A stretch of 43,786 nucleotides of DNA from an uncultured Clostridia bacterium (GTDB lineage Bacteria; Bacillota; Clostridia; TANB77; CAG-508): positions 1 through 43,786 of the forward strand of contig CANQZV010000002.1 in NCBI GenBank assembly GCA_947628425.1, written 5' to 3'. A program made the position numbers and the translations under genes. The notes beneath the pieces were generated by a model, which saw only the letters and a list, made by a program, of their open reading frames with translations, did not search any database and had not been told where the DNA came from. Shown one piece after another: positions 1 through 10,129 of the stretch. Position 1 is the first letter of the stretch. Each line of letters starts with the position of its first letter.

Positions 1-255
1 TGCATTTAATTTTTTTGCTAAATTAGATTTTTTTCTAGCTGCTGTGTTTTTTACAATAACACCTTTTGTGCAAGCTTGATCTATTTTTTTAGTTGCCTCT
101 GAAAATAATTTTTCTGATTTAACTTTATCACCTTCAGCAACTGATTCTTCAAATTTTTTTATTGCTGTTCTATATCCTGATTTTATCATATTATTTCTTA
201 ATGTTTTTTTCTCTATTACACTAACTCTTTTTATTGCTGATTTAATATTTGGCAT
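1..255 (-). CDS. rpsT: 30S ribosomal protein S20; C-terminal residues and stop lie off the left edge
   Basis: Minus-strand ATG at 253-255 preceded by GGAGGAGG. Translation MPNIKSAIKRVSVIEKKTLRNNMIKSGYRTAIKKFEE...KGVIVKNTAARKKSNLAKKLNA is a typical S20 sequence. The frame is open to base 1. Confidence 0.85.
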   Translation of the reverse strand, partial: MPNIKSAIKRVSVIEKKTLRNNMIKSGYRTAIKKFEESVAEGDKVKSEKLFSEATKKIDQACTKGVIVKNTAARKKSNLAKKLNA

Positions 256-436
256 TTTAAGTAGCACCTCCTCCTAATAAGACTAAACTATAACATGTAA
301 TATTTTAACATACATAATAAAAAAAAGCAAGTATTTTACCAAATATTACATTTGTTTTTACTTATTTTTCATGTTATTATAAGAATAGAGAGAATATTAT
401 TTAGAGTGGTACTTTACTCGGATATGGAGGTTTTCT

Positions 437-688
437 ATGATTGATATGATAATTAACCAATTTAAAAATTTAGATTTGAAAATAAAAGTTATAATGAAAT
501 ATGGATTTGTTTTTTCTCTATTGTTTTGTTTATTATCTGTTTTAGTATTATATACATATCATAGTTTTTATACTATACCAACTGTTTTTACAATAGGAAC
601 TATTCTTTTTAAATCATCTATAATGTTTTTTGTAGATTTTACTATTTTAGGTATTGCTTTTGATACAATAAAAAAACAAATGATATAA
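437..688 (+). CDS. hypothetical small membrane protein (83 aa, 2-3 hydrophobic segments)
   Basis: ATG preceded by GGAGG at good spacing. Hydrophobic stretches (FVFSLLFCLLSVLVLY, TVFTIGTILF, FFVDFTILGIAF). No family recognised. Confidence 0.45.
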   Translation: MIDMIINQFKNLDLKIKVIMKYGFVFSLLFCLLSVLVLYTYHSFYTIPTVFTIGTILFKSSIMFFVDFTILGIAFDTIKKQMI

Positions 689-790
689 TGAAGTGCTGTT
701 TTTTATTGCTAATTTGAGTCTACAACTATAAGTAGCTGATTTAAAAATTAATAATATTTGTATTATTAATAGACTTTTTTATTATATAAA

Positions 791-821
791 AGAGAAGGAC
801 TAAAAATTTTAGTCCTTCTCT
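791..821. terminator. hairpin shared by the convergent 437..688 and 809..1096 genes
   Basis: agagaaggacta / tagtccttctct arms around an AT loop, T-rich on both sides. The right arm overlaps the stop of the minus-strand gene. Confidence 0.45.
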
Positions 822-1096
822 TCTTCTTTTGCAAGCATACATTCTTCATCTATATCTGTTGCAATACACACAATCTTAGCTTTTGTAATATCTAAGTATG
901 TAGCGCATACATTACAGCGTGTATATGTTTTTTTTACACGATTTTGTGAAGTCATATATATTTCATGACCACACTCACATGCTAAGTATGCTTGCGCATA
1001 AGGGCATTCTTTTACATTGTACCGTTGTGCAATTTTTCTTTGCACATCTAATGATAAATTTTTTGGTACGATGTCACAAAATGGGCATTTTTTCAT
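809..1096 (-). CDS. hypothetical Cys-rich (zinc-ribbon-like) protein, about 95 aa
   Basis: Start moved to the internal ATG (MKKCPFCD...), which follows AAAGGAGGG. Cys pairs are CPFC, CPY..CEC and CNVC, with an acidic tail. No family recognised. Confidence 0.5.
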   Translation of the reverse strand: MKKCPFCDIVPKNLSLDVQRKIAQRYNVKECPYAQAYLACECGHEIYMTSQNRVKKTYTRCNVCATYLDITKAKIVCIATDIDEECMLAKEEEKD

Positions 1097-1188
1097 ACCC
1101 GGCCCTCCTTTCAATTTTTATAATAATATTATACTATTACATTTACATAATGTCAAGTGAACAATATTATTTAAAATCTCTATGTCTT

Positions 1189-2634
1189 TTATATTTTATT
1201 TATTTCTTCTTCAAACATTTTATTAAGCATTTGTGGATTAGCTTTTCCTTTTGTTTCTTTCATTGCTTGACCTACTAAATAGCCAATTGCTTTTTGTTTT
1301 CCTGCTTTATAATCTGCTACAGATTGTGGATTTGCATCTAATACTTTAAGTACAACTTCTCTTATTGCTCCTTCGTCAGATATTTGTACCCATCCCTTTT
1401 CTTCAATTATTTTAGATGGTAGTTTTTCTCCATTTTCAAACATTTCTTCTAATACTTTTTTTGCAATTGAACTACTTATAGTACCTTTATCTATTAATGT
1501 AACTAATTCTGCTAAACTTTCAGCTTTAAATGGAATTTGATCTGCTTCTAACTCTTTTTCATTTAAAATTCTAGATACATCAGATAATAACCAGTTACTA
1601 ACAGATTTCCTATTTCCGCATATTTCAGAAGCTTTTTCAAACATATCTGAAAGGTGTTTAGATGCTGTTAAAAGATTTGCCTCTTTTTGTGTTAGTCCAT
1701 ATTCATTTAAATATCTTTCTTTTCTACTTTCCGGCAATTCTGGTAAGTTATTTTTTATATTTTCTATGTATTCATCAGATAATCTAATAGCAACTAAATC
1801 TGGGTCTGGAAAATATCTATAATCTTGAGCATCTTCTTTATCTCTCATTGGAAATGTTTTTCCAGATACATCATCCCATCTTAAAGTTTCTTGTGTTATA
1901 ATTCCTCCATTGTCTATAACATCTACTTGTCTATCTATTTCATATTCAATTGCTCTTACAATGCTTCTAAATGAATTCATATTTTTCATTTCTGTTCTTG
2001 TACCAAATTTTGTTTCTCCCTTTGGTCTAATAGAAACATTAACATCTGCTCTCAATGAACCTTCTTGCATTTTACAGTCAGATACTTCTATGTATTCCAA
2101 TATTGATTTTAATTTTCTCATATAAGCTTCTACTTCTGCACTTGAACTTAAGTCTGGTTCTGATACAATTTCTATTAGCGGTACACCTGCTCTATTTAAA
2201 TCTACTAAACTTCCTCTACCATATGGATCATGATTTAATTTTCCCGCATCTTCTTCTATATGAATTCTTGTTAATCTTATTTTTTTTGGTCCATTTTCTG
2301 TTTCTATCTCTATATATCCATGTTCACAAAGTGGTTTATCAAATTGAGATATTTGATAAGATTTTGGTAAATCTGGATAAAAATAGTTTTTTCTATCGTT
2401 TTTACTATCTCTAGATATTTCACAATTTGTTGCTAACCCTGCCTTTACAGCATATTCTACCACTTTTTCATTTAATACTGGTAAACTTCCAGGCATTGCC
2501 ATACAAACAGGACAAGTATGCGTATTAGGGTCGCCACCAAATTCTGTAGAACATGAACAAAATATTTTTGTTTTTGTAGAAAGTTCACTATGAACTTCTA
2601 ATCCTATAACTACTTCATAATCTTCTCTTGGCAT
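1189..2634 (-). CDS. gatB: Asp-tRNA(Asn)/Glu-tRNA(Gln) amidotransferase subunit B
   Basis: 481 aa. N-terminus YEVVIGLEVHSELSTKTKIFCSC...HTCPVCMAMPGSLPVLN and a GatB/YqeY-type C-terminal tail are characteristic. Confidence 0.95.
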   Translation of the reverse strand: MPREDYEVVIGLEVHSELSTKTKIFCSCSTEFGGDPNTHTCPVCMAMPGSLPVLNEKVVEYAVKAGLATNCEISRDSKNDRKNYFYPDLPKSYQISQFDKPLCEHGYIEIETENGPKKIRLTRIHIEEDAGKLNHDPYGRGSLVDLNRAGVPLIEIVSEPDLSSSAEVEAYMRKLKSILEYIEVSDCKMQEGSLRADVNVSIRPKGETKFGTRTEMKNMNSFRSIVRAIEYEIDRQVDVIDNGGIITQETLRWDDVSGKTFPMRDKEDAQDYRYFPDPDLVAIRLSDEYIENIKNNLPELPESRKERYLNEYGLTQKEANLLTASKHLSDMFEKASEICGNRKSVSNWLLSDVSRILNEKELEADQIPFKAESLAELVTLIDKGTISSSIAKKVLEEMFENGEKLPSKIIEEKGWVQISDEGAIREVVLKVLDANPQSVADYKAGKQKAIGYLVGQAMKETKGKANPQMLNKMFEEEINKI

Positions 2635-2935
2635 AAACTTTTTCTTCCTTTCTAAATTGCAGTTTATCGTAATGATACCCCCTCAATCTTGCGCGATGTA
2701 GGACATTTTCTTTTTTCTACATGTTCAAAAGAAAAGTGCTAAATCACCGTGTCGCTAGTTTGGCATCAATAGAAAACATCAAATTTTATATTTTTTCTAA
2801 TATAATTAATTATCACTTAAAATTAATCAAAATTAGTATATTGCTAGGCAAATGAAAATTTAATTTATGAGGCGTGCTTTTTGCACGTTGATTAAATTAA
2901 ATTTGATGTTTAACGAAGCAAGATGCTGATTTTCA

Positions 2936-4405
2936 TTAATTTTTAAATTCTGGTTTGTATTTATCTCTAAATTTTATCTTCTGCTCATATGTATATGCGG
3001 CATTTAAAATTGTTTCTTCATCAAAATGTTTTCCTATAATTTGCATTCCTATTGGCATTCCTTGAGAATCTACACCACATGGTATAGATATTCCTGGAAG
3101 TCCTGCAATATTTACAGAAACTGTACAAATATCTGCTAAATACATTTCTAATGGATTATTTGACCTTTGTCCAATATTAAATGCAACAGTTGGTGATGTT
3201 GGTGTTATTAATATATCATATTTTTCAAATGCTTTATCAAATTCTTTTTTTACTAAAGTTCTTACTTGTTGTGCTTTTTTATAATATGCATCATAATATC
3301 CAGATGAAAGAACATATGTACCAAGTATAATTCTTCTTTTAACTTCTGCTCCAAAACCTTCTGTTCTGGAATTAACAAAAATATCTTTTAAGTTTTCATA
3401 GTTTGGCGTTCTATAACCATATCTAATTCCGTCAAATCTACCTAAATTTGAACTTGCTTCTGCACATGCGATAATATAATATGTAGCTAGTGCATATTCT
3501 GCAATTGGAACACTGCATTCTTCAACAATTGCACCCATTTTTTTGTATTCTTCAATTGCTTGTTCTAATGCTTGTTTTACTTCTAAATTTATTCCTTCTC
3601 CAAAGTATTCTTTTGGAATTCCTATTTTTAATCCTTTTACATCATTTTTTAATGCTTTTGTGTAATCTTTTTTCTCTACATTAATTGACGTAGTATCTTT
3701 TTCATCATGTCCTGCAATTATATTTAATAACATTGCACTATCTCTAACATCTTTTGTAATTGGTCCAATTTGATCTAAAGACGATGCGAATGCAACTAAC
3801 CCGTATCTTGATACTAATCCATATGTTGGTTTTAATCCAACTACACCACAAAAGCTTGCTGGCTGTCTAATTGATCCTCCTGTATCTGAACCTAATGCCC
3901 ATGGTACTAATCCTGCTGCAACAGCTGCAGCACTACCACCAGAAGAGCCCCCTGGAACTTTGTTTAAATCCCATGGATTTGCTGTTTTCTTAAATGCAGA
4001 GTATTCTGTAGATGCTCCCATTGCAAATTCATCCATGTTTAATTTACCTAAATTAATCATATTTTCATTGTTAATTTTTTCTATAACTGTGGCATCATAT
4101 GGTGCAATAAAGTTTTCTAACATTTTAGAACTACATGTTGTTTTTATACCTTTTGTGCACATGTTATCTTTAATTCCAATTGGAATTCCTGCATATTTTG
4201 ATGTAATCTCTCCATTATTCACTTTTTTTTCTATTTCAGTTGCTTGTTCTAAAGCAGTCTCTGTTAAAGTTGTAACAAAAGCTTTTACATCTGGCTCTTT
4301 TTCTATAATTCTATTTACGTAAGCTTTTACAATTTCAGTAATTGAAATTTCTTTCTTCTCTAATTTTTCTTGCAATTCATGTACTGTTAATTCAGTAATA
4401 TCCAT
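2936..4405 (-). CDS. gatA: Glu-tRNA(Gln) amidotransferase subunit A (amidase signature family)
   Basis: Amidase signature [14 protein letters not shown]...[16 protein letters not shown]. Start placed at [12 protein letters not shown], the ATG at 4403-4405 after GAAGGAGG, not at the longer ORF start 4438. Confidence 0.93.
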   Translation of the reverse strand: MDITELTVHELQEKLEKKEISITEIVKAYVNRIIEKEPDVKAFVTTLTETALEQATEIEKKVNNGEITSKYAGIPIGIKDNMCTKGIKTTCSSKMLENFIAPYDATVIEKINNENMINLGKLNMDEFAMGASTEYSAFKKTANPWDLNKVPGGSSGGSAAAVAAGLVPWALGSDTGGSIRQPASFCGVVGLKPTYGLVSRYGLVAFASSLDQIGPITKDVRDSAMLLNIIAGHDEKDTTSINVEKKDYTKALKNDVKGLKIGIPKEYFGEGINLEVKQALEQAIEEYKKMGAIVEECSVPIAEYALATYYIIACAEASSNLGRFDGIRYGYRTPNYENLKDIFVNSRTEGFGAEVKRRIILGTYVLSSGYYDAYYKKAQQVRTLVKKEFDKAFEKYDILITPTSPTVAFNIGQRSNNPLEMYLADICTVSVNIAGLPGISIPCGVDSQGMPIGMQIIGKHFDEETILNAAYTYEQKIKFRDKYKPEFKN

Positions 4406-4470
4406 TAGATTTCCTCCTTCAAATATTATAAATATCATTTTCCATTTTAAATGGTTATATTTAACATATA

Positions 4471-5058
4471 TTAATAATTAATTAAACTATATATTTCTGG
4501 CCATGAATATACTCTTTGTATGTTTTTATGATTCAAATTTTGATTTACTTTAGAATTCATTATATATACTCTTGCATTTGAATTTTCTACAATATTTTTG
4601 CAATTATTAAAACTATCATCTATAAATATATCTATATTTTTTTCTTTAACAAGCTTTAATTTATCTGTTGCATTAATAATAAGTTCATCATATTCAATTT
4701 TATTATTACTTAACCATTTTTTTGTTATTTCTTGTATATTATCATTTGGCATGTCCCATCTTGCAGTAATTAGATATATTTTATGACCTTCTTTTTTTAA
4801 TTTATTAATTACATCTGATGCAAATATTTTTATGTTTGCTTTTTTTAAAATTTCTGCGTAATATTTACTCCAAAATGCTAATGCTTCTTTTTCATTCCAG
4901 CCGTTCATATATACAATATAAAAATGATTTAAAAAATCTTGATTCATATTTATTTCTGATTTTCTCTTCAAGTCTTCTATTGTATATTTTTGTGCATATG
5001 GTAATAATATTTCAAATGTTTCAGAAATTGTATCGTCTATATCTATTCCTATATTCAT
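4471..5058 (-). CDS. HAD-superfamily hydrolase, 5'(3')-deoxyribonucleotidase-like
   Basis: N-terminal IGIDIDDTI (DxDxT nucleophile motif), later LITAR and IFIDDS motifs. Size and layout resemble the NT5C/YqfW type. Located between gatC and gatA. Confidence 0.6.
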   Translation of the reverse strand: MNIGIDIDDTISETFEILLPYAQKYTIEDLKRKSEINMNQDFLNHFYIVYMNGWNEKEALAFWSKYYAEILKKANIKIFASDVINKLKKEGHKIYLITARWDMPNDNIQEITKKWLSNNKIEYDELIINATDKLKLVKEKNIDIFIDDSFNNCKNIVENSNARVYIMNSKVNQNLNHKNIQRVYSWPEIYSLINY

Positions 5059-5223
5059 TTTTTCTCCTTTTCATGTTGTCTATTTTTAACTTACTGTCTA
5101 TATATAATGTTTTTTTATTTGGTCAAACAAATTAAAAGCAAGAATAACTAATCGTTTTAAGCATAAATATATAGCTCAAATTATATTTTTTTAAATGTTA
5201 ACATTATTATATATAAATTTATT

Positions 5224-5508
5224 TTAAATTACTTTAGGAATTTTGAACATATTGTCTTCTTGTTCAGGTGCATTTTCTAGTAATGCTTTATTATCTTCAA
5301 ATATTTTTACTTCGTCTTTTCTAAATATGTTATAGTTGTCTATTGCTCCAATTGCAGTATTTAAACCTTCTATTGGCGCTTCGTTAACTACATTTGCAAA
5401 ATTTAAAATATCTTGAAGATTCTTTATATATTCTGGTATTTCTTCTTTTTTTAATTTTAATCTTGCTAAATTTGCTATATGCAAAATTTCCTCTTCACTT
5501 ACTTCCAT
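5224..5508 (-). CDS. gatC: Asp/Glu-tRNA amidotransferase subunit C
   Basis: 94 aa. EEILHIANLARLKLKKEEIPEY...IFRKDEV...NAPEQEDNMFKIPKVI is a typical GatC. Confidence 0.85.
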   Translation of the reverse strand: MEVSEEEILHIANLARLKLKKEEIPEYIKNLQDILNFANVVNEAPIEGLNTAIGAIDNYNIFRKDEVKIFEDNKALLENAPEQEDNMFKIPKVI

Positions 5509-5603
5509 TGTATCACTTTCCTTTCATTGTTTAAGTATAATTTATGTTATTAAAATAACATATTTTTTAGATTTATTACGCATGCTATTATATAACGAAT
5601 TAT

Positions 5604-5634
5604 AAAAAAAAACAAGTTATATAACTTGTTTTTT
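5604..5634 (-). terminator. rho-independent terminator downstream of adhE
   Basis: aacaagttat/ataacttgtt perfect stem flanked by an A-run and a T-run. Confidence 0.6.
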
Positions 5635-5700
5635 CAAAATTTAAATTAGAATTAACCCTTTTTACATTAAGTAATTATATATTAAATTACTGTTTATATT

Positions 5701-8313
5701 TTATTTAACTTCTTTTCCATAATAAGCATCTAACATAATTTGTTTAATTTCTGGTATTAGTGGTACTCTAGGGTTAGCTGAAGTACATTGGTCTGAAAAT
5801 GCTTTATCTGCTAATTCATCTACTTTTGCCAAAAATTCTTTTTCATCTATTCCAGCTTCTTTTAAACTTTTTGGTTCATTTAAGTCCTCATTTAATTTTT
5901 GAATTGCTTTAATAAATGAATCTACACCTTTTTCTGTAGTTTCTGTATTTAATCCTAATTTTCTAGCTAAATTTGCATATTTTTGGTCTGCAATAAAATA
6001 TTCATATTTAGGGAATGATACAAATTTTGTAGGCTTCTGACTATTATATTTAATTACATAAGGTAATATTATTGCATTTGCTCTACCATGAGGAATATGG
6101 AATTCTCCTCCTAATTTATGTGCAATTGAATGGTTTAAACCTAGAAAAGCATTCGTAAATGCCATACCTGCAATACAGCTTGCATTGTGCATTTTTTCTC
6201 TAGCTTCTCTATTATCTCCATGGTTATACGCTTCTTTTAAATAATTAAATACTAATTCAACTGCTTTTTCTGCTAAAGCATCTGTATAATCAGATGCCAT
6301 ATTAGAAACATATGCTTCTATAGCGTGTGTTAAAACATCCATACCTGTATCTGCTGTAATTGATTTTGGTAATGTCATTACTAAATCCGGGTCAATAATT
6401 GCAACATCTGGTGTTAATTCATAATCTGCTAAAGGATATTTCATATTTTTTATTTTGTCTGATATTACTGCAAAAGATGTTACTTCTGAACCTGTTCCAG
6501 ATGTTGTTGGTATAGCCACCATTTTAGCTTTTTTACCTAACTTTGGAAATTTATAAGTACGTTTTCTAATGTCCATGAATTTTAATTTCATTCCTTCAAC
6601 ATCCGCATCTGGATATTCATAAAATAGCCACATACCTTTTGCTGCATCAATTGCACTTCCCCCACCTAGAGCAATAATTACATCTGGCTCAAATGCATTC
6701 ATTGATGCAACTCCTCTTTTAATTGTTTCAAAAGATGGATCTGGTTCTACATCTGAAAAGATCTCAGAGTGAACGTATTCATTTCTTTTTCTTAAGTGAT
6801 ATAAAATTTTATCTACATATCCTAGTTTTACCATTGAGTTATCTGTTACTATAAAGGCTTTTGTAATCTCTGGCATTTTTTCTAAATAAGCAATTGAACC
6901 AGCCTCAAAGTATATTTTTTCTGGAATTTTAAACCATTGCATATTTACTCTCCTTTTCGCAACTCTTTTTATATTTATTAAGTTAACTGATGATACATTT
7001 GATGTTGTTGAATTTCCTCCAAATGAACCACATCCAAGTGTTAATGAAGGCATATTTGTATTATATATATCTCCTATTGCTCCGTGTGTTGATGGTGAAT
7101 TAACAATAATTCTTCCCACTTTTACTTTTTTAGAAAATTTATCTATTATTTCTTGATTTTCTGAGTGAATAGCAGCTGAGTGTCCCAAACCTCCAAATTC
7201 TAATAATTTTTCAGCAAGTTCAATCCCTTCTTCGCTGTTTTTTACTTTATAATATGCTAAAACTGGACTTAATTTTTCCTGAGAAAATGGATATTCTTTT
7301 CCAACTCCTGTTTCTTCAACAACTAAAACTTTTGTATTTTCAGGTATTTTTATATCTGCCATTTTTGCAATATTTGATGGACTTTGTCCTGCTATCGCAC
7401 CAATTAGAGAATTTTCTTTTTCCTTATTAAACATTGCTTCTTGTAATTTTTGTTTTTCTTCTTTTGTTAAGAAATAACATCCATATTCTTTCATTAATTT
7501 TTCAAATTCTTTTGTAATTTCTTTATCTACTATAACTGCTTGTTCTGAAGCACAAATCATTCCATTATCAAATGATTTTGACATTACTAAATCATTAACA
7601 GATGTTTTTAGTTTAGCTGTTTTTTCTATATAACAAGGAACATTTCCTGGTCCAACACCTAATGCTGGTTTACCACATGAATATGCAGCTTTTACCATTC
7701 CAGTTCCACCTGTTGCTAAAATTAAATTAACATCAGGATGATTCATTAATTGATTTGTAGCTTCTATTGATGGTTTTTCTATCCATAAAATACAATCTTT
7801 TGGAGCTCCTGCTTTAATTGCTGCATCTCTTACAATAGTTGCTGCTTCTACACTACATTTTTGTGCTGATGGGTGAAAACCAAAAATTATTACATTTCTT
7901 GTTTTTGCTGCTATAATAGATTTGAACATTGTTGTAGATGTTGGATTTGTAACTGGTGTAACACCTGCTATAATTCCAATTGGCTCTGCAATCTCTTCAT
8001 AACCTTCTTCTTCATTTTCAGAGATAACTCCCACTGTTTTATGATATTTTATATTATGATATATATATTCAGTTGCAAACATATTTTTAGTAATTTTATC
8101 TTCATAAATGCCTCTTTTTGTCTCTTCAACTGCCATTTTTGCTAACTTCATATGATTATCAAGTCCCGCCATAGCCATTGCTTTAGTAATATTGTTAACG
8201 GTTTCTTGATCTAATTTTAAATATTCCTCAGAGGCTTTTTTTGCCCTTGTAACTAAATCATCAATCATATTTTTTATCTCAAGTTTTTCCTGTTCACTTA
8301 ACTCATTTGCCAT
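5701..8313 (-). CDS. adhE: bifunctional acetaldehyde-CoA / alcohol dehydrogenase
   Basis: 870 aa. N-terminal aldehyde dehydrogenase half (catalytic Cys context [10 protein letters not shown]) fused to an iron-type ADH half ([10 protein letters not shown], histidine-rich metal site). Strong RBS GAAGGAGG. Confidence 0.95.
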   Translation of the reverse strand: MANELSEQEKLEIKNMIDDLVTRAKKASEEYLKLDQETVNNITKAMAMAGLDNHMKLAKMAVEETKRGIYEDKITKNMFATEYIYHNIKYHKTVGVISENEEEGYEEIAEPIGIIAGVTPVTNPTSTTMFKSIIAAKTRNVIIFGFHPSAQKCSVEAATIVRDAAIKAGAPKDCILWIEKPSIEATNQLMNHPDVNLILATGGTGMVKAAYSCGKPALGVGPGNVPCYIEKTAKLKTSVNDLVMSKSFDNGMICASEQAVIVDKEITKEFEKLMKEYGCYFLTKEEKQKLQEAMFNKEKENSLIGAIAGQSPSNIAKMADIKIPENTKVLVVEETGVGKEYPFSQEKLSPVLAYYKVKNSEEGIELAEKLLEFGGLGHSAAIHSENQEIIDKFSKKVKVGRIIVNSPSTHGAIGDIYNTNMPSLTLGCGSFGGNSTTSNVSSVNLINIKRVAKRRVNMQWFKIPEKIYFEAGSIAYLEKMPEITKAFIVTDNSMVKLGYVDKILYHLRKRNEYVHSEIFSDVEPDPSFETIKRGVASMNAFEPDVIIALGGGSAIDAAKGMWLFYEYPDADVEGMKLKFMDIRKRTYKFPKLGKKAKMVAIPTTSGTGSEVTSFAVISDKIKNMKYPLADYELTPDVAIIDPDLVMTLPKSITADTGMDVLTHAIEAYVSNMASDYTDALAEKAVELVFNYLKEAYNHGDNREAREKMHNASCIAGMAFTNAFLGLNHSIAHKLGGEFHIPHGRANAIILPYVIKYNSQKPTKFVSFPKYEYFIADQKYANLARKLGLNTETTEKGVDSFIKAIQKLNEDLNEPKSLKEAGIDEKEFLAKVDELADKAFSDQCTSANPRVPLIPEIKQIMLDAYYGKEVK

Positions 8314-8354
8314 AATATTCCTCCTTCTATATTATTTATATGATTAACAAAATT

Positions 8355-8383
8355 ATTATATATTATGCAATTAAAAAATGCAA
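8355..8383 (-). promoter_or_regulatory. candidate sigma-A promoter of adhE (TTGCAT-17 nt-TATAAT)
   Basis: Minus-strand read: TTGCAT tttttaattgcataata TATAAT, about 40 nt upstream of the adhE start. Such matches can arise by chance in AT-rich DNA. Confidence 0.4.
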
Positions 8384-8458
8384 TGGTTAATTCTCTTTTT
8401 ATATAATTTTAAGGGTCTGCCTAAAAATTAAAATATATTTTTAAACACACCCTTAATT

Positions 8459-9376
8459 TTAATATATATATTTTTGAGGATTAATTGCTGTTCCATTTAT
8501 GTGAATTTCTAAATGTAAGTGTGGACCTGTTGCTGCTCCTGTTTGACCTACTGCAGATATTTTATCTCCTGCTTTTACTTTCTGTCCTTTAGATACATAA
8601 ATTTTACTACAATGTCCATAATATGTTTCTACATTATTTCCATTGTTTATTATTACTAAATTTCCTAAACTTCCTTTATAACCAGCAAATGTTACTACGC
8701 CATTTGCTGCAGCTTTTATATATGTTCCTTCTTTAGCTGCTATGTCTATTCCTTTATGGTTTGTTGTTCCTATTCCTCCTGGAGATGTCCTTTTTCCATA
8801 TCTTGAAGTAATTACTCCACTTATTGGCTTTACGGAAAATTTTACTCCTTTAATTGTATTAGTTATTATGTTTGTTTTTGCAACTTTTACTGTATTTGTA
8901 TTTTCAATTTTTTCTTTATTTACTATTTTACTTATTGTTTTTGTAGCATTATTTAAATTTGTTGCTTTTATTTCATCTAAATTATTTGAATATACTTGTA
9001 AAATTCCTAGTTTTTTTGTGTAGTTTGAGCTGTACTCTTTTTTTATAGTTTCTACAAGTTCTTCAGCTTCTTTTTGGTTAGACACATATGCTTTATTTTT
9101 TCCATTATAAGTAATAGCATAAGTTGTATATTCTATACAAGTGTTATTTTTTAATTGGTTTATTACATCTTCCGAGATATCTTTTTCTGTTCTATTTACT
9201 AATGTTAATTTTACATTTGGATTGTTATTGATTTTTACAAAAGCAATATTTTCTTGTTGATTATTAATTGTATTATTTATATAATTTTCTATTTTATTAG
9301 TATTTATTACATAACCTATTTTTTGATTATTTATTGTAACTTCATACATTGGTTTATATTTTATAAAAATTACCAT
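8459..9376 (-). CDS. M23 (LytM-type) peptidoglycan metallopeptidase; true start probably upstream of the annotated ATG
   Basis: C-terminal HKGIDIAA...GHCSKIYV...GPHLHLEIH motifs of M23 peptidases. The same frame stays open upstream and encodes a signal-anchor helix (see finding). Confidence 0.8.
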   Translation of the reverse strand: MVIFIKYKPMYEVTINNQKIGYVINTNKIENYINNTINNQQENIAFVKINNNPNVKLTLVNRTEKDISEDVINQLKNNTCIEYTTYAITYNGKNKAYVSNQKEAEELVETIKKEYSSNYTKKLGILQVYSNNLDEIKATNLNNATKTISKIVNKEKIENTNTVKVAKTNIITNTIKGVKFSVKPISGVITSRYGKRTSPGGIGTTNHKGIDIAAKEGTYIKAAANGVVTFAGYKGSLGNLVIINNGNNVETYYGHCSKIYVSKGQKVKAGDKISAVGQTGAATGPHLHLEIHINGTAINPQKYIY

Positions 9377-9563
9377 GCATATAATAAATGCCCCTATAAA
9401 TGTTATAGCTAAAAGTTTTCCAAGCTCTTTTGTGTAGTATTTTATTTTGTAGTTTAAAATTAGTATACACTCTCCTTTTTTGTGATTTTAGCAACACAAA
9501 ATTTATTATACTACATATTATTGGCATTTGTCAAATTATGTATACTTTAAATTGCTTTTTAAC

Positions 9564-10106
9564 TTATATTTCCATTTCATTTTTATTATCTTCTTTTAAT
9601 TTTATTCCTAATTCTTCTTTTAATTTACTAAAAATTTCTTCATATCTATTATCATATGGAAATCTTGTTTTTCCTTCTCTTATTAAATTAAAAACTTCTT
9701 CTATATCATAAAATTCAATTTCTTTTACCTCATCATTTTGTAATATGAAATCTAAATTACTTATTTTTAAACAATATATACTTACAATACACTTATATCC
9801 AAAATTTATTTTTAAATTTCCGATTTTTTTTATATTAATAGCCTCTTCTTTTTTTATTCCTAACTCTTCGTTTAATTCTCTTACCATTCCTTGTGTTTCT
9901 GTCTCTCCTGAATCAACATGACCTGAGCACAAGTCTAATTTTCCTGCATCTAATACAGTATTTCCTCTTTTTTCTATTAATATTTCATTTTTATTATTAA
10001 CAACAAAACATGTACAACATTTTACATAGTCATTTGTATTTTGTCCTTTTTCAATTATTCCTGTTTTATTTCCATATTCATCAAATGTATCTATTAATTC
10101 TGGCAT
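9564..10106 (-). CDS. Nudix hydrolase
   Basis: Nudix box GHVDSGETETQGMVRELNEELGI. Start placed at the ATG (MPELID...) downstream of GGAG; the longer ORF begins at a GTG that overlaps the RBS. Confidence 0.75.
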   Translation of the reverse strand: MPELIDTFDEYGNKTGIIEKGQNTNDYVKCCTCFVVNNKNEILIEKRGNTVLDAGKLDLCSGHVDSGETETQGMVRELNEELGIKKEEAINIKKIGNLKINFGYKCIVSIYCLKISNLDFILQNDEVKEIEFYDIEEVFNLIREGKTRFPYDNRYEEIFSKLKEELGIKLKEDNKNEMEI

Positions 10107-10129
10107 AATTTTTTTCACTCCTACATTAT

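Noticed and set aside
2721-2855. 44-aa plus-strand ORF (MFKRKVLNHRVASLASIENIK...) inside the gatA-gatB spacer, considered as a small toxin or peptide gene.
   Set aside because: It has no Shine-Dalgarno sequence, no clear hydrophobic helix and no recognisable family. It cannot be supported from sequence alone.
2635-2935. Possible T-box riboswitch in the gatA-gatB spacer (gauugaggggguauc resembles the T-box core).
   Set aside because: The UGGN needed to pair with the tRNA NCCA end is absent. I saw no terminator/antiterminator pair and no recognisable Stem I specifier features. The resemblance is too weak to call.
4406-4438. N-terminal extensions offered by the ORF track for gatA. Similar extensions are offered for 809..1114, 10683..11852, 15264..16046, 32129..32878, 35623..36354, 36547..37500, 9564..10118 and 43464..43646.
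   Set aside because: In each case an internal ATG (or the expected mature N-terminus) is preceded by a much better Shine-Dalgarno sequence. The upstream start is often TTG or GTG and overlaps or lacks an RBS.
8330-8352. Rex operator upstream of adhE (TTGTTAA half-site on the minus strand).
   Set aside because: Only one half-site is present. The expected inverted partner TTAACAA at the right spacing matches at about 4 of 7 positions.
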